DNA of 37,005 bases from Thermoplasmatota archaeon (GCA_041650455.1 JBAZLE010000002.1:1-37005); one strand, 5' to 3'; positions 1 to 9,658 are shown, counted from the stretch's first letter. Numbers and translations: made by a program. The notes: a model not told the origin generated them from the letters alone.

Positions 1-39
1 GTAGATAATTATTTTTTTTACCAATAATGTAAACTGATT

Positions 40-861
40 TCAATTCTTAAATATTTCCAAAGAAAAATCTTTATTTTTTATGGAATGCGTCAGGTACCCC
101 AGGGAGATGCGGTCAGCAAACGACGCATATTGTTCGATGTTCTCTGCCGTGATCCCTCCTGATACCTCGATGATGATATCTGGATTGATGGCTCGGATCT
201 TCTGGGCGACGTGTTCCCCCATCTCCGGAGGGAAGTTATCCAGCATGATGATTTCGACGTTCATCCGGGCTGCGGAGAGCGCATCTGTTTCGTTTTCCAC
301 CTCGATCTCTATGTGGTGTTTTGGGAGATTCCTGCGTATTATCTGGATAGGCTCTTCGATGGATCGGAATAGTTTGAGATGGTTGTCCTTGATCAGCACG
401 GCATCATACAGCCCGTATCGGTGTGGTTCCCCACCGCCAAGAATGATGGCTTTTTTCTCAAACAGACGGAACCCTGGGGTTGTTTTCCGTGTCGCAGCGA
501 TCCTCACCTTTGGGTTTATCTTCTTGCATTGTTGCACGAGTCGTTTTGTTTCAGTGGCGATCCCACTCATCCTGCCGATGATGTTCAAGGCAAGCCGTTC
601 ACCTTTCAAGATAGCACGAATTGAGCCCTGTATCTCTACAACCCTGTCACCCTTCCGAACGTCCGCCCCATCAGTAGATAGCAGACGGGCCGACGCCCCC
701 ACCCTTTGGTACACCTGTTGTGCCTCATGTAAGCCTGCGACGACGCACGCTTCCTTTACCTGTATACCTGCTCGTGCGGTTTCTGTGGTAAACAACGCTT
801 CAGAGGTGATGTCCCCTTTTTTCCCCAGGTCTTCCCGTAGGAAACGCTCGATGTCATCCAT
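40..861 (-). CDS. nadC: nicotinate-nucleotide pyrophosphorylase (quinolinate phosphoribosyltransferase)
   Basis: 273-aa ORF. The N terminus MDDIERFLREDLG..GDITSEA and the core ATRKTTPGFR...KKAIILGGGEPHRYGLYDAVLIKDNH match conserved QPRTase motifs. It is divergent from nadX. Confidence 0.85.
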   Translation of the reverse strand: MDDIERFLREDLGKKGDITSEALFTTETARAGIQVKEACVVAGLHEAQQVYQRVGASARLLSTDGADVRKGDRVVEIQGSIRAILKGERLALNIIGRMSGIATETKRLVQQCKKINPKVRIAATRKTTPGFRLFEKKAIILGGGEPHRYGLYDAVLIKDNHLKLFRSIEEPIQIIRRNLPKHHIEIEVENETDALSAARMNVEIIMLDNFPPEMGEHVAQKIRAINPDIIIEVSGGITAENIEQYASFADRISLGYLTHSIKNKDFSLEIFKN

Positions 862-911
862 AACAATATTTTTTATAGCTCATACCTGTTTAAAGGTTTT
901 GGGGATCTCTC

Positions 912-1679
912 ATGATCAATCTCGGAATTATCGGGTGTGGTGCGATTGGGACTGATGTCGCAAAAGCAGCGGACGGTATGGACGATATTAAGAAAATCTA
1001 CTTGTTTGACAGTAATCCCGTGGCTGCAAAGAACCTCGGTTCCATCGTGAAAAAAGCAGCGGTACAACCCGTTGCGGTGTTTTTAAAGGACGTCGATGTC
1101 GTCTTCGAAGCAGCATCACAACAAGCGGTGAACCAATATGCGGAGATGGTTCTCAAGGCAGGGAAGGATCTTATTCTCATGAGTATCGGGAGTTTGTTTG
1201 ATGATACCTTACGGAAGAACCTGGAGGATATCGCACGATCACACCATCGGAAGATCTATCTTCCCTCTGGTGCGGTCTGCGGGATCGATGGGGTGATCGC
1301 TGCCAGCATCGAAAAACTCGATAGTGTGACCTTGGTGACGACCAAGCCTCCCGCGTCTCTGGGGAAATCCGTGGAGGAACGTACCGTGATCTTTAAGGGA
1401 AACGCCCGGGATGCGGTCAAGTTGTTCCCCCGGAATATCAATGTCGCCGCGTGTCTGTCGCTTGCTGGGATAGGGTTTGATGAGACAACCGTCGAAATCG
1501 TCGCTGATCCGGTGGAGACACGAATTAATCATAAGATCCTTGCGCATGGCCGCTTCGGTAGGCTGCGTGCTGAGGTGGAGAATATGCCCAATCCCAATAA
1601 CCCTCAGTCCAGCTACATGGCATCACTTTCTGCGATCGCCACCCTACGGAGGGTTCTGGATCCCCTTCAGATCGCTTGA
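912..1679 (+). CDS. nadX: L-aspartate dehydrogenase
   Basis: 255-aa ORF. The N-terminal Rossmann motif GIIGCGAIG, the length and the overall pattern are typical of NadX. It is paired with nadC (de novo NAD pathway). Confidence 0.8.
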   Translation: MINLGIIGCGAIGTDVAKAADGMDDIKKIYLFDSNPVAAKNLGSIVKKAAVQPVAVFLKDVDVVFEAASQQAVNQYAEMVLKAGKDLILMSIGSLFDDTLRKNLEDIARSHHRKIYLPSGAVCGIDGVIAASIEKLDSVTLVTTKPPASLGKSVEERTVIFKGNARDAVKLFPRNINVAACLSLAGIGFDETTVEIVADPVETRINHKILAHGRFGRLRAEVENMPNPNNPQSSYMASLSAIATLRRVLDPLQIA

Positions 1680-1803
1680 GGAAAGACACACCGGTTTTCG
1701 TCAACCGATTTACACACCCACAAGAACAGACAACACCCGACAGAAAGTTTTCTTTTTTCTCTCTTGATGTTTTGAGCTAAAACCTTAAGAGGATGGTTCA
1801 TTT

Positions 1804-3765
1804 ATGATGCTGCAGAAAGCCATGACCTTCGAACTTAAAGAACGAGACGCGGCAGGCCGTCTGTGTCAGTTCACCACAAAACATGGAAACGTCATCACCC
1901 CGAATCTCCTGCCAGTGATCAATCCTAATAAGATGCTGATCACACCAAAGGAGATGAGGCAACGATTCGGTATAGATATTTTGATCACCAACTCGTATAT
2001 CATCTATAAGACCCCTGGTTTGAAAGCGAAAGCCTTAGAATCTGGGGTGCATGCCCTCATCGATTTTCAGGGGTCGATTATGACCGACTCCGGGACGTTT
2101 CAGAGCTATGTCTACGGGGATGTCCACCTTGATCCTGTGGAAATCGTGCAATTTCAACGAGATATCGGTAGTGACATTGGCACCATCCTGGACGTGTTCG
2201 GGACACCAGAACAAACGAAAACCGTCGCAGAACAAGGCGTCAGAGAAACCATCGAACGGGCAAAAAGAAGTTTTCCACACAAGGGAGAAATGCTGCTTGC
2301 CTGTCCCGTCCAAGGCTCTGTTTTTCCTAAGCTTCGTGAACAGTGTGCTCGACACCTCAGTGCACTTTCTGCTGATTTCTTCCCTATCGGAGGGGTTGTT
2401 CCCCTCATGGAGAACCAGCGGTACCAAGACCTAGTCCGTTGTATTCTTGCGGCAAAACATGGTCTTGATCCTTCCAAACCAGTTCACCTGTTCGGTGCGG
2501 GGCACCCCCTGGTTTTTTCCCTGGCGGTCGCTCTTGGGTGTGATTTCTTTGATTCTTCCGCGTACGCAAAATACGCAAACGACGGGCGCATGATTTTTCA
2601 GTGGGGAACAGAGCAGTTCGATGAGCTGACAGAACTGCCTTGTAGTTGTCCGGTGTGTTCGAAATATTCACACGCAGGATTAAAAGAGCTTCCTGGGGAA
2701 GAACGAACCCGGCAGCTCGCCTTGCATAATCTCTACGTGAGTTTCATGGAGCTGAAAATCATCCGGGTCGCATTAACCGAGGGCTGGCTGTGGGATTTAG
2801 TCGAGCAGCGAGCCGCAGCGAACCCGTTTCTCTCTGACGCACTCCGGGTGTTACGGGAACCAGATCATCTCCGATGGCTTGAACAAGTCGAACCTGCAAG
2901 CAAGAAAACCGCGGTCTTCTACACCGGTCCGCAGACCGTGCATCGTCCGATGATATACCGCTATCACACCCGCTTATTCAAGAGATTTGAACCCTTGTTT
3001 CCTACCACGGTTGTGTTCCCGGAAGGCACGAAACCGTATTCCCAGTGGTATGCAAAGGAGATGGCACAGCTTCTCAAGCAGAAAAACGTCAACCTGGTGG
3101 TGCGATCCACGCTTGGTCCCGTTCCCTTTGAACTTGATGAGATGTACCCGCTTGCGCAATCCGTGTTTCCGCTTTCTGTGGATCAAGAAACCATGGAAAA
3201 AGCACAACAAGTGACTGAGAGGTTCCTGAGAACGACCGAGATACTTGAGTGGGAGGAACAGATGACCCTTGCCGTCGAGGAACCGCTGCGTCATCCCATC
3301 GACGTTGATATCCGGCGGATCTCTGCGGTCGCGGATATGCAGTTCGGACGAGGGGCGGCCGAAGCACTTTTCCCTGGGAACATCACCATCATTAAATCAA
3401 AACGAACTGGGAAAATACGAAATGTCTTCTGTGGAAGAACCCATGTGGTTTCTATGCGGGCGGAGGATGGGTTGTTTACCTTGAAACTCCAGGGCGGTCG
3501 TCAGCTTCATGCGAGGTTCAAATATCCGTTGTTGCGGGTGGTGGTGACTGATGATGCTGAACCCTTTGTAAGAGAAGGAAAAAGCGTGTTTGCGAAGTTT
3601 GTCTCCGACTGTGACCCTGACCTGCGACCGTTTGATGAGTGCTTGATTGTTACCATGCAGGATACATTGCTGGGGATTGGTCGAACCTTTCTTACAAGAA
3701 ACGAGATGCTTTCTTTCCGTCAGGGTGTGGCGGTAAAGAACAGGGAGTCCATAAAACAGGGCTGA
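1804..3765 (+). CDS. tgtA: archaeosine tRNA-guanine transglycosylase (ArcTGT) with C-terminal PUA-like region
   Basis: 653 aa. TGT barrel motifs are present (IMTDSGTFQ, HLFGAGHP), as is the zinc site CSCPVCS. The long C-terminal extension (..VVSMRAEDGLFTLKL..VTDDAEPFVREGKSVFAKFV) resembles that of archaeal ArcTGT. Confidence 0.85.
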   Translation: MMLQKAMTFELKERDAAGRLCQFTTKHGNVITPNLLPVINPNKMLITPKEMRQRFGIDILITNSYIIYKTPGLKAKALESGVHALIDFQGSIMTDSGTFQSYVYGDVHLDPVEIVQFQRDIGSDIGTILDVFGTPEQTKTVAEQGVRETIERAKRSFPHKGEMLLACPVQGSVFPKLREQCARHLSALSADFFPIGGVVPLMENQRYQDLVRCILAAKHGLDPSKPVHLFGAGHPLVFSLAVALGCDFFDSSAYAKYANDGRMIFQWGTEQFDELTELPCSCPVCSKYSHAGLKELPGEERTRQLALHNLYVSFMELKIIRVALTEGWLWDLVEQRAAANPFLSDALRVLREPDHLRWLEQVEPASKKTAVFYTGPQTVHRPMIYRYHTRLFKRFEPLFPTTVVFPEGTKPYSQWYAKEMAQLLKQKNVNLVVRSTLGPVPFELDEMYPLAQSVFPLSVDQETMEKAQQVTERFLRTTEILEWEEQMTLAVEEPLRHPIDVDIRRISAVADMQFGRGAAEALFPGNITIIKSKRTGKIRNVFCGRTHVVSMRAEDGLFTLKLQGGRQLHARFKYPLLRVVVTDDAEPFVREGKSVFAKFVSDCDPDLRPFDECLIVTMQDTLLGIGRTFLTRNEMLSFRQGVAVKNRESIKQG

Positions 3766-3838
3766 GTGTTCTTCTCCAAAACTCTTATTATCTCAATCCT
3801 TATTACTACTCGTAGTGCACTCCAAACAGAAAAGAAGG

Positions 3839-4102
3839 ATGATAGAAAGGAATGGGACTATGAATAAGTTACATGAGATTTCAGAACAGATTAAAAGCTT
3901 AAAAACCACCCGTGATTTTTTACAAGAGAAATACGACGCCTCTGAGTTTCATAAAAAGAAAGAAGAATTCCCGCAGTCCGCAGTTCCCCCATCACCGGAA
4001 GATGAGGAAATCTACCGGCTCCTGACTGCGATTCACCAGCTCGATAAGTACATCAAGGAACTCCAAGATATACAGTTAAAAGTGCTGAAACAAGAAGAAT
4101 AA
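3839..4102 (+). CDS. small charged coiled-coil protein, function unknown
   Basis: The ORF-track entry is 3815-4102. In-frame ATG codons lie at 3839 and 3860. The sequence is helical and charged (..EISEQIKSLKTTRDFLQEKY..YIKELQDIQLKVLKQEE). The start is uncertain. Confidence 0.4.
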   Translation: MIERNGTMNKLHEISEQIKSLKTTRDFLQEKYDASEFHKKKEEFPQSAVPPSPEDEEIYRLLTAIHQLDKYIKELQDIQLKVLKQEE

Positions 4103-4129
4103 CCCGTATTGTTTCTCGAGGGTATCTTT

Positions 4130-5026
4130 TTATTTTTTTCTTATTTCCCCAAGTCTTCTGATGATACCTTGTTCCAATTCACTGACGATATCTCTCTTGG
4201 TGAACACATCCGCTTTTATTGCGGTCGAGATTTTTGTCGCATAGAGCCGTGCTATCCGCCCGCGTTCCGCTTTCGGGGCGCAGTTGATTGTTGGATGCTG
4301 GAAGATGACCCCGTGTTTCGGTGGCTTTCCTCCCTCTTTTTTGAAGCGGAACAACGCTTTCTCTGCTCCGAGGATTTGAATGGTGGATGCCGGCATCATC
4401 GCCATCGGTTGCATCCCGCCTGCTAACGCGATGAGTCGTGCGCCGATGAGTGGTCCAATAATGTGACTGGTATTCGGAGCGATCAGGTTCATGTCCTGTT
4501 CGATTTGATCCTGCAAGCGCGCGATCTCCTCATTGACCGCGGAGAGTGTTTTTTCAAAAGGTTTTACTTTCTTCGTTGATGTCGGAAGCAAGGACCAGCA
4601 GCTGAGGCGCTCTGACAACAGATTAGCGGTCTGTACAAGGTCATCGAGTGCGTTGACCATCTGGATGAGTTGTAAATCCTCCCCTTGTAGTTGTTGCTGC
4701 ACGCGCTCGTGTGCCAGGAGCAAAGCGGCATCATGGAAGAGTTCCTGGGAAAACCCGTAGTTCTCCGGGGTAAGTACAATGGTCTTGAAGGCAGGGTCTT
4801 TGGGAGTATACGAACCAAGGGATTGTAAGCGTCTCTCGTTCACGAGCACCGGTGTGTTTCCGACGATTCGTTGTTCCTCTGGAAGGACGTTATTGTGTTG
4901 TATCTCTTGTAACCGCTGCATGATTTCTTTTGCTTGTTTCGGGAAGAGATGTTTCTGCTGCACCGTGGTCTCGTCACAGAGAAATGTTCCAAACCATTTT
5001 GTGAGAAGGTACTGGGTCATCCTCAT
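4130..5026 (-). CDS. nop5: Nop56/58 (Nop5) C/D box sRNP core protein
   Basis: 298 aa. The NOP-domain signature GAEKALFRFKKEGGKPPKHGVIFQHP and the preceding IGPLIGARLIALAGG are diagnostic. Confidence 0.85.
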   Translation of the reverse strand: MRMTQYLLTKWFGTFLCDETTVQQKHLFPKQAKEIMQRLQEIQHNNVLPEEQRIVGNTPVLVNERRLQSLGSYTPKDPAFKTIVLTPENYGFSQELFHDAALLLAHERVQQQLQGEDLQLIQMVNALDDLVQTANLLSERLSCWSLLPTSTKKVKPFEKTLSAVNEEIARLQDQIEQDMNLIAPNTSHIIGPLIGARLIALAGGMQPMAMMPASTIQILGAEKALFRFKKEGGKPPKHGVIFQHPTINCAPKAERGRIARLYATKISTAIKADVFTKRDIVSELEQGIIRRLGEIRKK

Positions 5027-5097
5027 TGGATAAGAAATTCTTTCTAATGTAGTTTACGATTGATTTTTTTTTGTTTTACTCTGGTGGTAAAAGAGAT

Positions 5098-5107
5098 TTT
5101 AAATATA
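5098..5107 (+). promoter_or_regulatory. TATA-like box TTTAAATATA upstream of the 5158 gene
   Basis: An AT-rich box lies about 50 nt upstream of the ATG at 5158, and a G-rich stretch (GGATTGGGGG) sits just before the ATG. Assigned by position only. Confidence 0.3.
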
Positions 5108-5157
5108 GGAACTTGTATTACGTGTGTTAACAAGTATCGAAGGATTGGGGGTTTTTA

Positions 5158-5478
5158 ATGAAACCGGAAAAAAAAGAAAGGATTGTTCTTACCAATGTCA
5201 TCGAGACCGAGCTCGATATTTTGAAAAGGCATGTGCTTGTTCTTCAAACTCTGAAACAAAATGAACCAGCTGGTATTATTAAATTATCTGAGCTGACCAA
5301 GCACCCACAGCATATGGTGCGATATTCGTTACGGATCTTAGAACAAGAAGGACTCATCGAGCCGTCTCCCCAGGGTGCGGTGACCACGGAGTCTGCTATG
5401 AAAGCAACCCCGATGCTCAAACAAAAATTAAAAGACATGCAAGAAACGATTAACGAAATTGTCAAAGAGCTTGGGTAA
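5158..5478 (+). CDS. winged-helix DNA-binding protein (putative transcriptional regulator)
   Basis: 106 aa. The segment ..LQTLKQNEPAGIIKLSELTKHPQHMVRYSLRILEQEGLIEPSPQG.. has a helix-turn-helix plus wing pattern. Confidence 0.5.
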   Translation: MKPEKKERIVLTNVIETELDILKRHVLVLQTLKQNEPAGIIKLSELTKHPQHMVRYSLRILEQEGLIEPSPQGAVTTESAMKATPMLKQKLKDMQETINEIVKELG

Positions 5479-5499
5479 AATCAAGCAAAATCCTTTTTT

Positions 5500-5572
5500 G
5501 CCGCGGTAACTCAGCTGGGAGAGTGCACGGCTGAAGACCGTGATGTCGAGGGTTCGATCCCCTCCTGCGGCA
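5500..5572 (+). tRNA. tRNA-Phe (anticodon GAA), no encoded CCA
   Basis: Hand-folded cloverleaf. The acceptor stem is GCCGCGG/CTGCGGC (one G-U pair). The D stem is ACTC/GAGT. The anticodon stem is CACGG/CCGTG with loop CTGAAGA. The T stem is GAGGG/CCCTC with loop TTCGATC. The discriminator is A. Total length is 73 nt. Confidence 0.95.
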
Positions 5573-5694
5573 TACCTTAAACATATTATAACTAAGAGAC
5601 TAACCGGCGAAAACAAGACTTTTTTTTATGATGAAATCGTTTTTCCTTTCTTTTTTTCTAATTACATGATACTAAAGGAAAACGATGCGATTTC

Positions 5695-7428
5695 TTAGTG
5701 GCCTACGAGCTGTCGGAGGAAAGGAAACGCTGCAGGAAATCGTTCAAACAACCGTTGCAGGAATGGTTGAATGATTCCGTTATATGAACAGGGCATCACC
5801 ACCGGTAAGGGATCTGACCAGCCACTATGATGACCGTACATGTCCATTGCTTTAACCTTGATAGAAAAAGATCCCCTTCTACTCCAACTATGGGATGCGT
5901 TGACCATTTCACCAGAACGATATGGTCCTATCCAACCGCTATTCGTGTTATCCCCCCAGTCAAACAGGTAATAGACATCACCCTCCTGCGGGTCTGTTGT
6001 TCGGGTAGTAAAATTATACTGAACTCCCTTCGCTCCATTGGTCGGTCCCGATGGTTTTTCTGGGTTTCTTGGTTGTTCCGTTACTTTTGCAAGCCCAGAA
6101 TAATATGACGGATACGACTCGATCTTGAAAACGGAATTAAGCAGCGGGGTTGGATAGGGATTGAAATATTCCCATACCGTGTCTTTTTCATGGGTGACTT
6201 CAAAGAAGATTCCCTTTTTTCCATCACAGATCATCGTGTTTCCGTTTGTGAGGCGCTGGGCGCCTGAAATCATATACGCATAAAAGTCAGTGGGATTTTT
6301 TGCGGTGTACATCCAGGTTTGTTCCTCGGGACCGTAGGCTTCATTGGTTCCGGAATAATAGTGTCCATCGTTGTCTATCGGTGGAGCAATTTCGTCGATT
6401 GAGGAATATTTTATCCCAGGTCTTCCATAGCCATTATTGAAAATTAAGATGTTTCCTTCTCCGGGGCATCCTGGGTCGATCCAACGGGCATCATGCTGGC
6501 CAAAGAGTTTCTGGTCCTCCATGGTTCCTTTTCGATATGTGCGAGGATTGCCCCAACGATAAAGCAGATCCCCTCCTTTGCCACTTCTCCCCCCCGTATG
6601 ACTCGCTGCTTCCTCTGTGGTGGTGCTATGGTCGATGACCCATATTTCGTTGAAATTATGAATACTGAGTATTATTTGATCTAATTCTTCGTTATAATCG
6701 ATAGAATTCGTATGTAGCCAGTCTGATCCAATTCCTGTGGCTGGCGCATAGTTAATGTCGATTAATTCAGGGTGGTCTCCTACGACCCCATAGTTAGCCA
6801 TCGATGGGTCATAATCCTGGATGAGATGATCCCAGACGTGCCATTCCCATACAATATCCCCACTTGTCCGACTGCTTGGTTGCACTTCAATGATATGATC
6901 CGGCCATAACCCAAACAAAGGGCTGACTAAATTTGGGTTTCGTCCAGCAGCGACCGCCTCTGAAAAATTCTTTACTTCCCAGGCGATCATTAAGATATTA
7001 CCATTCGGTAAGGAATGAATGTCATGATGTAACGCATAGGTATTACTTGAATAGGTGAAGTCCCAGACAAGGGTATTATTCCAATCGATTTCTTGGATAC
7101 CTCCACCTAATCCTCCTGAGAGAAAAACAGGGTTGAGCAACTCTGCTGTACGAAGAAGATTTCCATTTTCAAGAAGATATGCGGAATGTCCTGGTATGTA
7201 AGTGCTCTCCCAGATATGCACGACTTCTTTGTAGCAGTTTATCAGATAGGTCATCTTTGAGTATTGTGGAGCAAATAATGTATACCATTCTTCTTCGCCG
7301 AAGGTATTTGCATTTGGCTTAGCGGTCATATTTTCAGGTGAGAATGCGCTCGTTACTGGAACAGTTAGTAGGAGTAATATTGGTATAAACGGCCCTATTT
7401 TTTTCACTGATTTCTTCATATTCGTCAT
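5695..7428 (-). CDS. secreted arylsulfotransferase (ASST)-like beta-propeller protein with C-terminal PKD-like unit and LFERFP tail
   Basis: 577 aa. The signal peptide is MKKSVKKIGPFIPILLLLTVPVTSA. ASST-type motifs are present: ALHHDIHSLPNGNILMIAWE, IVWEWHVWDHL, DWLHTNSIDYN and FGQHDARWI..GNILIFNNG. The C terminus carries YYLFDWGDNTNSGWIGPYRSGE..IKVKAMD..WSDPLPVVMP followed by ..LFERFPAAFPFLRQLVGH-stop. Confidence 0.7.
   Translation of the reverse strand: MTNMKKSVKKIGPFIPILLLLTVPVTSAFSPENMTAKPNANTFGEEEWYTLFAPQYSKMTYLINCYKEVVHIWESTYIPGHSAYLLENGNLLRTAELLNPVFLSGGLGGGIQEIDWNNTLVWDFTYSSNTYALHHDIHSLPNGNILMIAWEVKNFSEAVAAGRNPNLVSPLFGLWPDHIIEVQPSSRTSGDIVWEWHVWDHLIQDYDPSMANYGVVGDHPELIDINYAPATGIGSDWLHTNSIDYNEELDQIILSIHNFNEIWVIDHSTTTEEAASHTGGRSGKGGDLLYRWGNPRTYRKGTMEDQKLFGQHDARWIDPGCPGEGNILIFNNGYGRPGIKYSSIDEIAPPIDNDGHYYSGTNEAYGPEEQTWMYTAKNPTDFYAYMISGAQRLTNGNTMICDGKKGIFFEVTHEKDTVWEYFNPYPTPLLNSVFKIESYPSYYSGLAKVTEQPRNPEKPSGPTNGAKGVQYNFTTRTTDPQEGDVYYLFDWGDNTNSGWIGPYRSGEMVNASHSWSRRGSFSIKVKAMDMYGHHSGWSDPLPVVMPCSYNGIIQPFLQRLFERFPAAFPFLRQLVGH
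5698..5763 (-). other. C-terminal tail FLQRLFERFPAAFPFLRQLVGH (candidate sorting/anchoring peptide, copy 1)
   Basis: These are the last 22 codons of the 5695-7428 ORF. The motif is shared with the tails at 9569-9643 and 29075-29149. Confidence 0.6.
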
Positions 7429-7720
7429 GCATCGCCCCTATTTAAATTCGAATCTTAGTATATATTTATGTTGTATATATGGATTGTCGTTTAAATGTTT
7501 TTGTACGAATGAGCGACAATGTGACGGCATTCTGATGCCATGTCCCTTCATTTTGCTCTTACTCTCTTACTTATTCTATCTATATATTTATACTATCTCT
7601 ATATTAGTCCATGAATGATAAAGGACACAAATTCACAATGGAAAACAAAAATCCTTTGAACGATACACTTAAGAACCAACCCACAGATTATATATTCAAC
7701 AATATAGGGGGTAGATATAA

Positions 7721-9646
7721 TTGAAAAATACTAGAAAAACAATCGTAAAAACTAGTCTGCTCGCAAGTGTACTATTTGCCGTAAACTTCTCAACGATGAT
7801 TGCTGCAACCGAACCAACAATGGATGACGATGAGATAGCACAATACATCCTCGAACAACTCGACTATGACGAGGATCAACAACTTCTCTACTATCTATGG
7901 GGGCCAGTTTCACAGGGGGATAGCATACTTACTACAAAAGGAGTCCTTTTCGAAATCCCCTGCCAAGGACACGTGTTGTATATTGATCTTCATCCGCAAG
8001 CAAACATGTTCCACCCGGTGCAGTATGTCTTTCTTGCAGAACGAACACAGGAGCTTATCGTGTTTGATGCAACCATCCCTCCCTTAAACTTTCATGAGTA
8101 TCTTCGGATAGAAACACCCTTCTCAGATTTTTTTTACTCCATAGAAAACAGACGAGCCCCCCTCCCCAGCAAGACAGAGCCAGTCCGGAGCAACACGGGA
8201 CGACAGGATAGTCGCTGGGCGATCTTGATGAACGGTGGGTATGACCAATATAACAATCATGTGCGGTACTGGAATGATTTGTCGAATATCTACATCACCC
8301 TCAACTATGTTTATGAAATACCTGATGAGAACATCATCGTCCTTTGCTCAGATGGAACAAATCCTGCTGTTGATCAATCCAACGGTCAGAATTCCAATCC
8401 TGATCTCGATGGAGACGGTGACCCGGACATCATGTATTCCTGCATCCTTACCAATGTGGATATGGTGTTTGCCAACCTTGCGAATAATTTCACTGGAACA
8501 GAAAAATTGTTTGTGTTCACGACAGACCATGGGAGCAGTGTGAGTGGATGGAATGTCGTTCAAAACCTGTGGAACCATGAGGTCCTGACGGATGCTCATT
8601 TCGCATCATTGTTGTCTGCATTGCCTGCGTCTGAAATCATCTGTACGTTTGAGCCATGTTTTTCTGGGGGGTTTTTAGATGATGTCGTCGTCCCACCAGG
8701 ACCTATCGTGGCATCCTCAGCTTGTCGCCATGATGAATCCTCCTGGGCGATGGACAATCTGATCTATGATGAATACGTGTTTTATTGGACCGCCGCGGTC
8801 AAAGGAGAGGATGCGTTTGGAAACCCAGTGGACGCAGATATCAATCAAGATGGACTGGTAACCATGGATGAAGCGTTCATCTATGCCGAGGCTCATGACA
8901 CGCGATCAGAAAGCCCGCAGTATGGAGAATATCCAGAAGGAACCGGGTCGTATCTATCGCTCTGGGTGACGAGTGATCCACCAGCTCAGCCTACAAGGCC
9001 AGTTGGCCCGACCCTGGGGATTTGGCACGCAGAATACTCGTATACCAGTTCCACTACAGAACCAGATAATGAACAAATCTACTATCGATTCGACTGGGCT
9101 GATGGAAACAACAGCGGATGGCTTGGCCCGTATTCCTCAGGGGAGACGGTGACAGGCTCTCATATCTGGACCGAACTCGGAACATACAATGTCACGGTAA
9201 AAGCGCGGGACGTCTGGGGTGCCGGCAGCGTGCTTTCCGAACCATTAACCGTCGTTATTACGGACAACACGCCACCTGACAAACCAACAATCACCGGTCC
9301 GACCAATATAAAACCGAAGATTGCGTATACGTATTCCCTGAGCGGGACAGATCTGCAAAACCAAGATCTTACGTACTACATTGACTGGGGGGATGGGAAT
9401 GCGGCCACCGGACTAGGACCATATCATGCCGGTGAGACGTTCACTCTCACGCATACATGGAAAACAAAGGGAACCTATCTGATTAAAACCAGGACGACCG
9501 ACACGTGTGGTGCAACCAGCGAATGGTCTAGTATTGAGGTCGTCGCACCGGTTGAATACCAGTTCACTCTCAATGCTTTCTTTGAACGGTTATTCGAGCG
9601 GTTCCCCCGGTTGTTCCCAATATTACGAACCCTTATGGAGTACTAG
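7721..9646 (+). CDS. secreted peptidase C13 (legumain-like, caspase-fold) with two PKD-like units and LFERFP tail
   Basis: 641 aa with a TTG start preceded by GGGGG. The signal peptide is ..SLLASVLFAVNFSTMIAA. The domain begins RWAILMNGGYDQYNNHVRYWNDL. A His-Cys dyad context is present (LFVFTTDHGS and TFEPCFSGGF). Two PKD-like units follow (YYRFDWADGNNSGWLGPYSSGE.. and YYIDWGDGNAATGLGPYHAGE..). The protein ends FFERLFERFPRLFPILRTLMEY-stop. Confidence 0.65.
   Translation: MKNTRKTIVKTSLLASVLFAVNFSTMIAATEPTMDDDEIAQYILEQLDYDEDQQLLYYLWGPVSQGDSILTTKGVLFEIPCQGHVLYIDLHPQANMFHPVQYVFLAERTQELIVFDATIPPLNFHEYLRIETPFSDFFYSIENRRAPLPSKTEPVRSNTGRQDSRWAILMNGGYDQYNNHVRYWNDLSNIYITLNYVYEIPDENIIVLCSDGTNPAVDQSNGQNSNPDLDGDGDPDIMYSCILTNVDMVFANLANNFTGTEKLFVFTTDHGSSVSGWNVVQNLWNHEVLTDAHFASLLSALPASEIICTFEPCFSGGFLDDVVVPPGPIVASSACRHDESSWAMDNLIYDEYVFYWTAAVKGEDAFGNPVDADINQDGLVTMDEAFIYAEAHDTRSESPQYGEYPEGTGSYLSLWVTSDPPAQPTRPVGPTLGIWHAEYSYTSSTTEPDNEQIYYRFDWADGNNSGWLGPYSSGETVTGSHIWTELGTYNVTVKARDVWGAGSVLSEPLTVVITDNTPPDKPTITGPTNIKPKIAYTYSLSGTDLQNQDLTYYIDWGDGNAATGLGPYHAGETFTLTHTWKTKGTYLIKTRTTDTCGATSEWSSIEVVAPVEYQFTLNAFFERLFERFPRLFPILRTLMEY
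9569..9643 (+). other. C-terminal tail LNAFFERLFERFPRLFPILRTLMEY (candidate sorting/anchoring peptide, copy 2)
   Basis: These are the last 25 codons of the 7721-9646 ORF. Confidence 0.6.
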
Positions 9647-9658
9647 GAGACCTGTTCC

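Noticed and set aside
80-955. A 291-aa + strand ORF, with a nested 81-aa ORF, antisense to nadC.
   Set aside because: It is a shadow frame of a well-supported gene. The product is Ser/Cys/Arg-rich low-complexity sequence with no motifs or start context.
2035-3484. Multiple 70-130 aa ORFs on both strands inside tgtA.
   Set aside because: All overlap the strongly supported ArcTGT frame. Their composition is typical of out-of-frame or antisense translation.
5615-5631. The 17-nt string AAGACTTTTTTTTATGA, 43 nt downstream of tRNA-Phe, is repeated exactly at 13980-13996. I considered it a possible att-like direct repeat flanking an insertion next to the tRNA.
   Set aside because: Eight of the 17 nt are an oligo-T terminator tract. 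Both copies sit just after + strand gene ends, where terminators are expected. The intervening 8.3 kb has ordinary composition, no integrase is present, and the repeat does not overlap the tRNA.
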